Shown: piece by piece, positions 1 to 6,192 of the stretch
Layout: every line of letters begins with the position of its first letter
Numbering within the stretch: position 1 is the first letter of the stretch
Virus genome (UHGV): UHGV-1339304
Source: a virus
Length of the DNA stretch: 12,750 nt
Reading direction: 5' to 3' (one strand)
Notes under the pieces: generated by a model
What the model was told of the DNA's origin: nothing
What the model saw: the letters and a program-made list of their open reading frames with translations, nothing else
Database searches by the model: none
Translations under genes and position numbers: made by a program

Positions 1-526
1 ATACAACCTTCGCATATTGTCCGTGATATTTGTTGATAGCCTCACTGGCAACCAAACAAGCAAGTTCAAGATCTTCATAGAGCCCAAAATACAACCGGCC
101 AAAATCTGTGCGCACTTGAACGGCCCATTTATTTTTTTGCTTGTTCCATAAAACATTTTTTATTCCAGAACGGCTATTGTACTTAGTTTTCTGATTTCGG
201 CTGTTTGCTATCCGGCTTGCCTCCCTAAGATTTTTTGGGGAATTGTCCAGCCTGTTTCCGTTAATATGGTCAATATTTTTCAATGGCATTCTTTTATTGT
301 GCAGCGCAAAAACAACTACGTGAACAAACATCTGAATGCCTGCAAAACACACCTGTCTATACCCAGATCCATTTATCGATGTTTTAATTTCATCTCCTGC
401 CCGGTGGCTGTGGTTGGGGTGTTTTAGCGAGTCCTTTTTGTATCTGACTGTATCTCCGTCTAAATACAGATAATCCTCAATAAGCCGATACCTATCTGAC
501 GCTGGCGTATTTGATTTGATAGTCAT
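1..526 (-). CDS. HNH homing-type endonuclease with AP2-like DNA-binding domain (partial; 3' end runs off the window start)
   Basis: Absent from the ORF track because it is open to the window edge. Reverse-strand translation from ATG 526..524 gives MTIKSNTPASDRYRLIEDYLYLDGDTVRYKKDS...KNIDHINGNRLDNSPKNLREASRIANSRN...GIKNVLWNKQKNKWAVQVRTDFGRLYFGLYEDLELACLVASEAINKYHG. The H-N-H block (DHINGNRLDN..NLR) and the AP2-type block are recognisable. The start overlaps the ninB stop (ATGA). Confidence 0.65.
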   Translation of the reverse strand, partial: MTIKSNTPASDRYRLIEDYLYLDGDTVRYKKDSLKHPNHSHRAGDEIKTSINGSGYRQVCFAGIQMFVHVVVFALHNKRMPLKNIDHINGNRLDNSPKNLREASRIANSRNQKTKYNSRSGIKNVLWNKQKNKWAVQVRTDFGRLYFGLYEDLELACLVASEAINKYHGQYAKVV

Positions 527-969
527 GCAGCCTTCCCTTTTCGTTGTGACCATTCATACTCTCGCCGGGAGTCATCACTCCACCGCACCTTGCGCTCTGA
601 GCCGAACCAGAACATGATTTCGATAAGCTCAGTCATGCTGGCCTTTCGCATTTTGCTGGTACGAACGCCAAGCATAACAACGCCACCGTCGATACCAGGC
701 GCACTTCTTTGCTCCATTTTTTTGGTCTTAAGCCACAAGGCAGTGAACAGGTCTTTCCAGTCTTCCGGCGCCAGCCGTTGACCATGCCATAGCACCTGAC
801 GCGAAACATCGTTCAGCATCGGCCACATACGGTCATTCTGCGCTTTGCTGCGTTTGGGTTCTCTAACGTGGACTTCATGAGGTGACTTGTCGTCGATGGG
901 AAGTGAGAGTATTGCGTCTATGGCGTTATTTCTGATTGCTTCGTTGCGAAGCATGTATATTTGCTTCAT
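523..969 (-). CDS. ninB: NinB (Orf-family recombination mediator)
   Basis: 148 aa ORF. The core AQNDRMWPMLNDVSRQVLWHG...WSDDSRREYEW matches my recollection of lambda NinB (QNRKLWACLGDVSRQVEWHG...KWSDEARLALEW). GAGG Shine-Dalgarno 5 nt upstream of ATG 969. Confidence 0.8.
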   Translation of the reverse strand: MKQIYMLRNEAIRNNAIDAILSLPIDDKSPHEVHVREPKRSKAQNDRMWPMLNDVSRQVLWHGQRLAPEDWKDLFTALWLKTKKMEQRSAPGIDGGVVMLGVRTSKMRKASMTELIEIMFWFGSERKVRWSDDSRREYEWSQRKGKAA

Positions 970-976
970 CGTTACC

Positions 977-1183
977 TCAACTCACAAAACGCCACGCCAC
1001 TTTTGCTACGACAACAGGCATAACACCGATAATCACCCACAGGAAAATGCTACCGAAAAGCACACCCACCGGGTCTTTACCTTCGCCTACCAACCGGACA
1101 AAACTGCTGGCAACAACAATGAACGTCGCCACCATCCACATGGCACCGAGAATCCTCAATGCAGAGAAAATTAACTCAGCCAC
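977..1183 (-). CDS. small hydrophobic (2-TM) membrane protein, function unknown
   Basis: 68 aa ORF dominated by hydrophobic stretches. Putative GTG start at 1183 preceded by GGGGGAGAG. Sits between the helicase and ninB in the same operon. Confidence 0.4.
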   Translation of the reverse strand: MAELIFSALRILGAMWMVATFIVVASSFVRLVGEGKDPVGVLFGSIFLWVIIGVMPVVVAKVAWRFVS

Positions 1184-1198
1184 GATTTACTCTCCCCC

Positions 1199-1230
1199 AA
1201 ATAAAAAGGCCTGCGATTACCAGCAGGCCT
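1199..1230 (-). terminator. intrinsic terminator between replication genes and the nin region (tR2-like position)
   Basis: On the minus strand AGGCCTGC-TGGTAATC-GCAGGCCT (8 bp stem) is followed by UUUUUAUUU. Lies directly after the helicase stop (1259..1261). Confidence 0.5.
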
Positions 1231-1258
1231 GTTATTAGCTCAGTGATGTAGATGGTCA

Positions 1259-2695
1259 TCAGAATCCTCCTTTCTTCTTGGATTGCGGTTCCTCGCGTTC
1301 ACGGCGGCGCATTTCAGCAGACTGTTGGTCTGTGTCATAAATAGCGCCATTTGCCTGAATGCAATACACCGTGCCGGTATTGCCATGACGATTGAGGCGA
1401 AGGATTAGTTCGGTTTCACCAGGAGGAACGCTGTCATCAAAAGCACCTTCACGATGGATCCCCACCCAATAATCGCAATCCTGTTCAATCTGCCCTGTAT
1501 CTCGTGAGTCACTTGGTAATGGGCGTTTATTGGTTCGGCTTTCCAGTGCGCGGTTAAGCTGTGTCAGAAGCACAACAACGCAATCAAGCTCTTTGGCAAG
1601 GTTCTTCAGTCCTTTGGTGATCATGCCGTAAGCAAGGTCGTTGCGATCGGCCTTTTCAGCGGTCATTAGTGTCAGGTAATCGACCAGAATCATGCCAACA
1701 CATCCTTTTTCTCGCTTGATTCGACGGCTTTCGCTGACGATTTGAGACAGAGATAATCCCGGCGTGTCGTCGATGTAAAGCATGTCGATTTCACTCAAGC
1801 GATTAGCTGTTTCGATCGCCCTGTTGAAGTCACCATCGTAATCACCCTGATAGCCGTCATCAGCGTCATTTGTCGCCGGAAGGTAAAAAATACTCGGGTT
1901 AACACCTGACTTCTGTCCTACCAGTTTTTCCAGTATCTGGTCACCGGGCATTTCAAGGCTGAACATCAGAGCGGGCTTTTTCTCATGCACTGCGCAGTTG
2001 ATTGCCATCTGGCTGTATAGCGTCGTTTTCCCCATCTTAGGGCGAGCGCCAATGACAAACAGAGAGCCTTTCACCAGACCTTTCGGTGACAGCATCCTGT
2101 CCAGCGATGGGATCCCTGTGCTCATTCCTCGTTGTTCGCCTGACGGGTCAAATCGCTTCTCAAGGTCGCTAACCCAGTCTTCCATGACCTCACCAAATGA
2201 GCGAAGGCCGCGACGCGATCCGGTTTTTGCATGGTCTGTCAGTTGCGTGAAAATCGACTGAATAGCTTCGTACTTCTGTGTTGCAGTCATTCCGTTGCGG
2301 GAATAGAGCAATTCCGTCGCTTCAGTCATGCGGTTGATGGCGTAGCGTTCCATTGCGGTTTCACGAACCTGCATTGCATAGGCAACAATGTTTGCTGCGC
2401 TTGGCGTGTTCTTTGCGATCTCAGCGATATAAGCAAAACCGCCAACAGACACCGTTAACGATTTGCGCTCCAGTTCATCGAAAAGCGTCAGGCCATCTAC
2501 TGGCTTTTGCTCCCGGTGCATTCTGGTTATTTCTTCGAAAAGGATTTTGTGTGGTCGGCTGTAAAATGAATCGGGCTTCAGCATCGCCAGAACTTTCCGG
2601 ACGCGCTCACTGCTGTCATCATCCAGAAGCAATCCACCAATCACCGCCTGCTCTGCCTCGATGCTATGGGGCGGCGCATAAAAATTATCGGTCAT
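1259..2695 (-). CDS. DnaB-family replicative DNA helicase (phage-encoded; takes the place of lambda P)
   Basis: 478 aa from ATG 2695 (GAGG SD upstream). The ORF-track start at 2710 is an upstream in-frame GTG. N-terminal PHSIEAEQAVIGGLLLD is the DnaB signature; Walker A GARPKMGKTT; overall DnaB layout. Confidence 0.9.
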   Translation of the reverse strand: MTDNFYAPPHSIEAEQAVIGGLLLDDDSSERVRKVLAMLKPDSFYSRPHKILFEEITRMHREQKPVDGLTLFDELERKSLTVSVGGFAYIAEIAKNTPSAANIVAYAMQVRETAMERYAINRMTEATELLYSRNGMTATQKYEAIQSIFTQLTDHAKTGSRRGLRSFGEVMEDWVSDLEKRFDPSGEQRGMSTGIPSLDRMLSPKGLVKGSLFVIGARPKMGKTTLYSQMAINCAVHEKKPALMFSLEMPGDQILEKLVGQKSGVNPSIFYLPATNDADDGYQGDYDGDFNRAIETANRLSEIDMLYIDDTPGLSLSQIVSESRRIKREKGCVGMILVDYLTLMTAEKADRNDLAYGMITKGLKNLAKELDCVVVLLTQLNRALESRTNKRPLPSDSRDTGQIEQDCDYWVGIHREGAFDDSVPPGETELILRLNRHGNTGTVYCIQANGAIYDTDQQSAEMRRREREEPQSKKKGGF

Positions 2696-3575
2696 CGTGT
2701 TCACCCTCACGAACTTTCAGGTAGGTATTATCGTTAAGCAGGAAATCAAATCCCTTTTTGTGCCAGACGGTTCCGCGTTGATGGTTTGGGCGCTCTTCGA
2801 ACATCCATCGGCAATTTTCGCCAACGTAGCTCAAATAATTTCTCCAGTCCTGCATCGTGAACCCATGCCCGTCAAGCTGGCGGGTTATCACTCCGGCTTT
2901 GCGCCAGAACGTTCGGATCTGGTTTTTACGCTTGTCATTCAGTGCGCGGATTCTTGGCGCTTCAGGAAGGATTTCGTGGTAAGCATCGACAACATCCTGA
3001 CAGCTAACGGAAGGTTTTTTCTTGTCAGACTTTTTGTCTGCTGTGGCACTCTCTAATACGTCAGTATTAGAGATATTATTTATATTATTGTTTATGGACA
3101 ACCGTTGGACAACCGTTGGACAATCTCCGCTGAGAGCCGCGCCATTACTGATGTTTGCGTTGGACAACCGTTGGACAACCGTTGGACAATTTTTTGCCTG
3201 AAAATCGTCATATTTAACGATTGTAAACAGGCTAAATTTCTTCCCCATCGCGCAAATATTAAGCATCCCTTTCGACTCAAAAGTCCGTAATAAGCTCCGA
3301 ACTTTGTTGTCGGGGATGAATGTTTCTCTGACCAGAGACGGGCGTCCAGTTATCATCTGACCGCGATCAACAGTTATCGGCCCGATATCCGTATTGACGA
3401 CAGTAGATTCGTGATTAGCCTTGAGGATTAAGTGAAGCCAAAGATGTACTGCCTGAGAGTCCTTATAGAGCCTGCTGTCCATAAACTGGCGGTGTATAGA
3501 GACATACCCCATACTGGATGCCTCCTGATGTTGTACAGGGTTATGCCTGTAATCAGCTAACTTAACGACGCCCAT
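2685..3575 (-). CDS. replication initiator protein (lambda O-like) carrying the origin inside its coding sequence
   Basis: 296 aa. N-terminal GYVSIHRQFMDS aligns with the GYARLSNMLLEA region of lambda O. The iteron repeats are translated as the repeated peptide CPTVVQRLS. AGGAG SD 6 nt upstream of ATG 3575. 11 nt overlap with the helicase start. Confidence 0.8.
   Translation of the reverse strand: MGVVKLADYRHNPVQHQEASSMGYVSIHRQFMDSRLYKDSQAVHLWLHLILKANHESTVVNTDIGPITVDRGQMITGRPSLVRETFIPDNKVRSLLRTFESKGMLNICAMGKKFSLFTIVKYDDFQAKNCPTVVQRLSNANISNGAALSGDCPTVVQRLSINNNINNISNTDVLESATADKKSDKKKPSVSCQDVVDAYHEILPEAPRIRALNDKRKNQIRTFWRKAGVITRQLDGHGFTMQDWRNYLSYVGENCRWMFEERPNHQRGTVWHKKGFDFLLNDNTYLKVREGEHDDR
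3061..3095. promoter_or_regulatory. AT-rich DNA-unwinding region of the replication origin
   Basis: tcagtattagagatattatttatattattgtttat immediately adjoins the iterons on the downstream side in the direction of O transcription, the same arrangement as ori-lambda. Confidence 0.65.
3096..3190. repeat. origin iterons: two 29-bp blocks (GGACAACCGTTGGACAACCGTTGGACAAT) at 3096..3124 and 3162..3190, each made of 11-bp GGACAACCGTT units
   Basis: Exact direct repeats read from the sequence, 66 bp apart, inside the O-like gene about 385-480 nt from its start. Confidence 0.8.
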
Positions 3576-3723
3576 GTTTCACTCCTGCTTTGGCTAGTCT
3601 GTAAACACCAACAAGGCGCTCTGCGAACGCCCTGTTATTTGCTGCGGCTACCACTAATCCCTCAGGTGAATCAGGGTGTCGAATCTCTTCTTTTTCCTGG
3701 TATTTCTTACGACGTTTTGTCAT
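3562..3723 (-). CDS. small basic ORF (53 aa) at the position of the lambda O start; possible relic or upstream ORF
   Basis: Below the ORF-track length cutoff. ATG 3723..3721 with AGGAG SD 5 nt upstream; translates to MTKRRKKYQEKEEIRHPDSPEGLVVAAANNRAFAERLVGVYRLAKAGVKHGRR. Ends 14 nt inside the O-like ORF in another frame. Confidence 0.3.
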   Translation of the reverse strand: MTKRRKKYQEKEEIRHPDSPEGLVVAAANNRAFAERLVGVYRLAKAGVKHGRR

Positions 3724-3745
3724 AATTACTCCTGTGGATTGATAC
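3717..3745 (+). promoter_or_regulatory. pO-like promoter for the oop antisense RNA
   Basis: TTGTCA (3717..3722) with a poor candidate -10 TGATAC about 17 nt downstream. The segment TTGTCATAATTACTCCTGTGGATTGATACAG closely resembles the lambda pO/oop start region as I recall it. Confidence 0.4.
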
Positions 3746-3747
3746 AG

Positions 3748-3800
3748 TCTTTCTACAATCAGGCCTCAAAACTGTTGCCGCAGTCTTGAGGCTTTTCTTT
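3748..3800 (+). ncRNA. oop: oop-like antisense RNA overlapping the cII 3' end
   Basis: Short transcript predicted from the pO-like promoter to the intrinsic terminator at 3761..3800, antisense to the last codons of cII. Same arrangement as lambda oop. Confidence 0.5.
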
Positions 3801-4037
3801 TGTCAGCACCATGGCTACTTTCTTTGCCAGCTCCGCTAATTCCTCGTCTTCAACACCCCACTCCAGCACAGCCAGAAGCATGGCCATCTTTGGGATAAAG
3901 CTGTCTTTCCATCGCGAAATTTGCGATTCATTGATCCCTAATGCATCAGCAACCTTTCGCTGACCACGTACAGCAATTCGATTTAGGATGTTGCTTGTAA
4001 TTGCATTCGCTTTCTTGCGAGTACTTGTAAGTTGCAT
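3759..4037 (-). CDS. cII: CII transcriptional activator
   Basis: 92 aa. INESQISRWKDSFIPKMAMLLAVLEWGVEDEELAELAKKVA matches lambda CII (VDKSQISRWKRDWIPKFSMLLAVLEWGVVDDDMARLARQVA). Sits between cro/nutR and the O-like gene. Confidence 0.85.
   Translation of the reverse strand: MQLTSTRKKANAITSNILNRIAVRGQRKVADALGINESQISRWKDSFIPKMAMLLAVLEWGVEDEELAELAKKVAMVLTKEKPQDCGNSFEA
3761..3800 (+). terminator. intrinsic terminator of the oop-like RNA
   Basis: GCCTCAA (3763..3769) pairs with TTGAGGC (3786..3792), with an inner ACTG/CAGT stem in the loop, followed by TTTTCTTT. Confidence 0.65.
3991..4004 (+). promoter_or_regulatory. pRE-type CII-binding motif TTGC-N6-TTGC
   Basis: TTGCttgtaaTTGC on the strand antisense to cII, inside the cII 5' coding region and oriented toward cro/cI. 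The downstream segment ATATGTAAGTATTTCCTTAACTAAT resembles lambda pRE. Confidence 0.55.
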
Positions 4038-4070
4038 ATGTAAGTATTTCCTTAACTAATAAGAAGTTAT

Positions 4071-4088
4071 GCGCATCAACTTATGCGC
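4071..4088 (-). terminator. tR1-position hairpin (weak, probably rho-dependent context)
   Basis: GCGCAT-caactt-ATGCGC (6 bp stem) between nutR and cII. No strong U-tract follows. Confidence 0.3.
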
Positions 4089-4095
4089 GTTGTAT

Positions 4096-4139
4096 TCCCG
4101 CATTTCGGCGGGAATGAGGACCATGACTGTTAAAGAGCG
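4096..4139 (-). promoter_or_regulatory. nutR (boxA CGCTCTTTAACA, boxB TCCCGCCGAAATGCGGGA)
   Basis: Minus strand: boxA is the reverse complement of 4128..4139 and boxB of 4096..4113. Immediately downstream of the cro stop. The boxB is identical to the nutL boxB. Confidence 0.6.
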
Positions 4140-4145
4140 GTGTTA

Positions 4146-4340
4146 CTATTTGTTTTTCTTGTTGCTTGGGAAAGGACGAACTTCCTCTCCAATCACACTG
4201 CCATCAGGCTTTACCGTAACCATGATGTTACGGCCTGCCAGAATGGCCTTGCTGATAGCGCACTGGATTACACCAAAGTCACTGGCTGCTTTAGCCTGTC
4301 CATGGATTTTGGCGTAATCGGCAAGTGTCATTCGAATCAT
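4146..4340 (-). CDS. cro: Cro repressor
   Basis: 64 aa from ATG 4340 (GGAG SD). [62 protein letters not shown] is closely similar to lambda Cro ([63 protein letters not shown]). Confidence 0.9.
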   Translation of the reverse strand: MIRMTLADYAKIHGQAKAASDFGVIQCAISKAILAGRNIMVTVKPDGSVIGEEVRPFPSNKKNK

Positions 4341-4369
4341 ATGCACTCTCCGTTATTAACCATGAACAA

Positions 4370-4398
4370 AGAATACTACAGGTATTCAAAGCAATCAA
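4370..4398 (-). promoter_or_regulatory. pR promoter (-35 TTGATT, 17 nt spacer, -10 TATTCT, read on the minus strand)
   Basis: Reverse complements of 4393..4398 and 4370..4375. Overlaps the operator sites and lies about 25 nt upstream of the cro ATG. Confidence 0.55.
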
Positions 4399-4436
4399 TA
4401 CTCAGGGTATTTTTAGTTTAAGTACCTTAGCTATTA
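4372..4436. promoter_or_regulatory. OR operators: AATACTACAGGTATT (4372..4386), AATACTCAGGGTATT (4397..4411), and a degenerate third site AGTACCTTAGCTATT (4421..4435)
   Basis: 15-bp dyads with AATAC/GTATT half-sites at 24-25 bp spacing between divergent cro and cI. The third site overlaps the putative pRM -10. Confidence 0.6.
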
Positions 4437-4446
4437 GAATTAAGCT
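4412..4446 (+). promoter_or_regulatory. pRM candidate giving a leaderless cI mRNA
   Basis: -10-like TAGAAT (4435..4440) lies 6 nt before the cI ATG with no SD; candidate -35 TTTAGT. Lambda pRM is also leaderless. Confidence 0.35.
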
Positions 4447-5163
4447 ATGGAAAATAAAAAATCACTGACGACAGAACAGCTGGAAGACGCTAAGCGGCTT
4501 AAGGCTTTGTATGAGTCAAAAGAGAAAGAATTGGGGATAACCCAATACTCAATCGCTGATGAACTGGGTATCACCCAAGGAGCGGTAGGGCATTATCTTA
4601 ATGGCAGAAACGCGCTAAACGTTGAGGTTGCATCTGGTTTTGCACGACTGTTGCAAGTCTCAATTGCTGATTTTAGCCAGTCAATTGCTGCCAAGGTTGC
4701 AGAACAGGCAGAAAGCCTTAAGAGCGATGCCAACGTAAGGTATGCAGGGGAATACAGAGCAGGAAAGAGGTATCCGGTGTTAAGCAGTATCCAGGCTGGC
4801 TCGTGGTGTGAAGCATGCGAACCATACACCATTAAAGACATAGATGTTTGGCTTGAGTCTGACGCGCATATTCAAGGTAATGCGTTCTGGCTTAAAGTGG
4901 AAGGTGATTCAATGACGGCACCGGTTGGGTTAAGCATTCCAGAGGGAACATTCGTTCTTTTCGATACCGGAAGGGAGGCGATCAACGGCAGCTTGGTCAT
5001 AGCAAAACTTTCTGACTCTAACGAAGCAACATTCAAGAAGCTGATAATCGACGGCGGAAATAAATACCTCAAGGGACTTAATCCTGCATGGCCTCTCGTG
5101 CCAATCAATGGAAACTGCAAGATTATAGGCGTTGCAATTGAGACAAAACTAAGGCTGGTTTGA
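4447..5163 (+). CDS. cI: CI repressor (HTH N-terminal domain plus LexA/S24-type autocleavage C-terminal domain)
   Basis: 238 aa. LTTEQLEDAKRLKALYESKEKELG and FWLKVEGDSMTAPVG...EATFKKLIIDGGNKYLKGLNPAWP align with lambda CI ([24 protein letters not shown]...FWLEVEGNSMTAP...[23 protein letters not shown]). Confidence 0.9.
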   Translation: MENKKSLTTEQLEDAKRLKALYESKEKELGITQYSIADELGITQGAVGHYLNGRNALNVEVASGFARLLQVSIADFSQSIAAKVAEQAESLKSDANVRYAGEYRAGKRYPVLSSIQAGSWCEACEPYTIKDIDVWLESDAHIQGNAFWLKVEGDSMTAPVGLSIPEGTFVLFDTGREAINGSLVIAKLSDSNEATFKKLIIDGGNKYLKGLNPAWPLVPINGNCKIIGVAIETKLRLV

Positions 5164-5180
5164 TCACGCAAGGGGCGATT

Positions 5181-5549
5181 ATGGTTGGAACCGCTATAGC
5201 AAGCTTTTTTGGGATGTTGGCAATCTCGACAATTTACGGCTTAGCGCATGCTTTTATTGCGAAATCTCTATCAGAAAAAATAAGCCAGGCTTGGGCGCAT
5301 AGATCAGCTCGTTTCATGATTCTAGTGATCATAGCAATACAAGGGATATCTGCATTTATCCTCTATGGTTCAAGCTTATACCTGTTGTATCAAGGCGCGA
5401 CATTTACGCCTTACACCAGTGATTACGGAACTCTATACGATGGTAGTGAAGACATCTCTATGGCTTGGATTGTCTTTGGTTTATCTATGGCCGTGTCTGT
5501 TGTAGCAGATATCATTAAGGTAATTCTCGTCTTAACCTTCGCTGACTAA
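5181..5549 (+). CDS. small multi-pass membrane protein translationally coupled to cI (rexAB-slot moron)
   Basis: 122 aa from ATG 5181 with AAGGGG SD, 18 nt after the cI stop (the ORF-track start at 5160 is a TTG). Three long hydrophobic segments. Visibly more AT-rich than the flanking genes. Confidence 0.6.
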   Translation: MVGTAIASFFGMLAISTIYGLAHAFIAKSLSEKISQAWAHRSARFMILVIIAIQGISAFILYGSSLYLLYQGATFTPYTSDYGTLYDGSEDISMAWIVFGLSMAVSVVADIIKVILVLTFAD

Positions 5550-5635
5550 CCTATAATCCCGGCAGCAATAGCTATCGGGATCCACTTCACATATCCCGCA
5601 TAAAAAGCACTGAACAAGCAGACACCGAAAAAATA

Positions 5636-5720
5636 AATATCCTTTGTATTCATTTGCTTATCATTATTTCATCAAAAATAAATACCTTGGGTATTTACAC
5701 AATAAAATACCTACAGTATT
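5636..5720. promoter_or_regulatory. OL operators: AATATCCTTTGTATT (5636..5650), AATACCTTGGGTATT (5681..5695), AATACCTACAGTATT (5706..5720)
   Basis: Same AATAC-N5-GTATT dyad as OR. The last two sites are 25 bp apart, as at OR. Confidence 0.55.
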
Positions 5721-5722
5721 CT
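5694..5722 (+). promoter_or_regulatory. pL promoter (-35 TTTACA, 17 nt spacer, -10 TATTCT)
   Basis: Hexamers read directly; overlaps the OL sites; same -10 as pR; points toward nutL and N. Confidence 0.5.
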
Positions 5723-5768
5723 TTAGCCATCAGCAGGACGCTGGTAGCCAAACGGAACATATTGGCAG

Positions 5769-5809
5769 GCTCTTTAACATTGATGGGATTGTCCCGCCGA
5801 AATGCGGGA
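5769..5809 (+). promoter_or_regulatory. nutL (boxA GCTCTTTAACA, boxB TCCCGCCGAAATGCGGGA)
   Basis: boxA-like 5769..5779 and boxB hairpin 5792..5809 downstream of pL and upstream of N. The boxB is identical to the nutR boxB. Confidence 0.6.
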
Positions 5810-5916
5810 ACCAAAGAGTAGTTGGCTTTGGGGTGACGTGAAGTGCAGCTGCACGACGGCAACCGGAAGATAAGCACCCGGCGCGTCACCGCCAAAGTCA
5901 ATCATCGGAGGTCAAC

Positions 5917-6189
5917 ATGACAGTAGTCATTACATATCTGGCTGACGATAACGCCAGAAATCGCCGCAGAGCACGCAGACAGGCTCAACGTGAACAGGCA
6001 ATGCAAGAGCAGCGACTGGCGCGAAAAATTGCGCTAAAGCTCTCTGGTTGCGTCAGAGCAGACAAAGCAGCATCGCTAGGAAGCCTTCTCAGCAAGAAGG
6101 CAGATGAATGCAGTGGAAGTATTTGCCTGCCAAACGTAGCTATTTACGCAGCAGGCTACCGGAAATCAAAACAACTGACAGCCAGGTAA
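5917..6189 (+). CDS. N: N-type transcription antiterminator
   Basis: 90 aa with an N-terminal arginine-rich motif NARNRRRARRQAQREQ. GGAGG SD 5 nt upstream. Directly downstream of pL/nutL. Confidence 0.7.
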   Translation: MTVVITYLADDNARNRRRARRQAQREQAMQEQRLARKIALKLSGCVRADKAASLGSLLSKKADECSGSICLPNVAIYAAGYRKSKQLTAR

Positions 6190-6192
6190 GTG

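Noticed and set aside
590-1238. Plus-strand ORFs 590..781, 887..1174 and 936..1238 antisense to ninB and the small membrane ORF
   Set aside because: They lie antisense to a recognisable NinB, lack convincing SDs and have low-complexity composition; likely shadow ORFs.
1998-3056. Plus-strand ORFs 1998..2261, 2231..2458, 2353..2724 and 2697..3056 inside the helicase and initiator genes
   Set aside because: Antisense to confidently identified DnaB-like and O-like genes; no independent support.
3096-3190. Possible CRISPR-like array, suggested by tandem exact repeats
   Set aside because: The repeats are 11-bp units in two 29-bp blocks with a single 37-bp spacer, lie inside an ORF that translates them, and are followed by an AT-rich tract. 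This fits phage origin iterons, not a CRISPR array.
4069-4421. Plus-strand ORFs 4069..4317 and 4140..4421 across the nutR/cro region
   Set aside because: Antisense to cro and spanning nutR and the operators; Cro homology on the minus strand is unambiguous.
4593-5171. Minus-strand ORFs 4593..4841 and 4872..5171 inside cI
   Set aside because: Antisense to a clear CI repressor gene.
5552-5557. Perfect TATAAT hexamer just after the membrane-protein gene
   Set aside because: No acceptable -35 at 16-18 nt and no obvious downstream target before the OL/pL unit; a single hexamer in AT-rich DNA is not enough to call a promoter.
5644-5901. ORFs 5644..5841 (+) and 5695..5901 (-) across OL/pL/nutL
   Set aside because: They span operator dyads, promoter hexamers and the boxB hairpin, so the region is regulatory; no SD.
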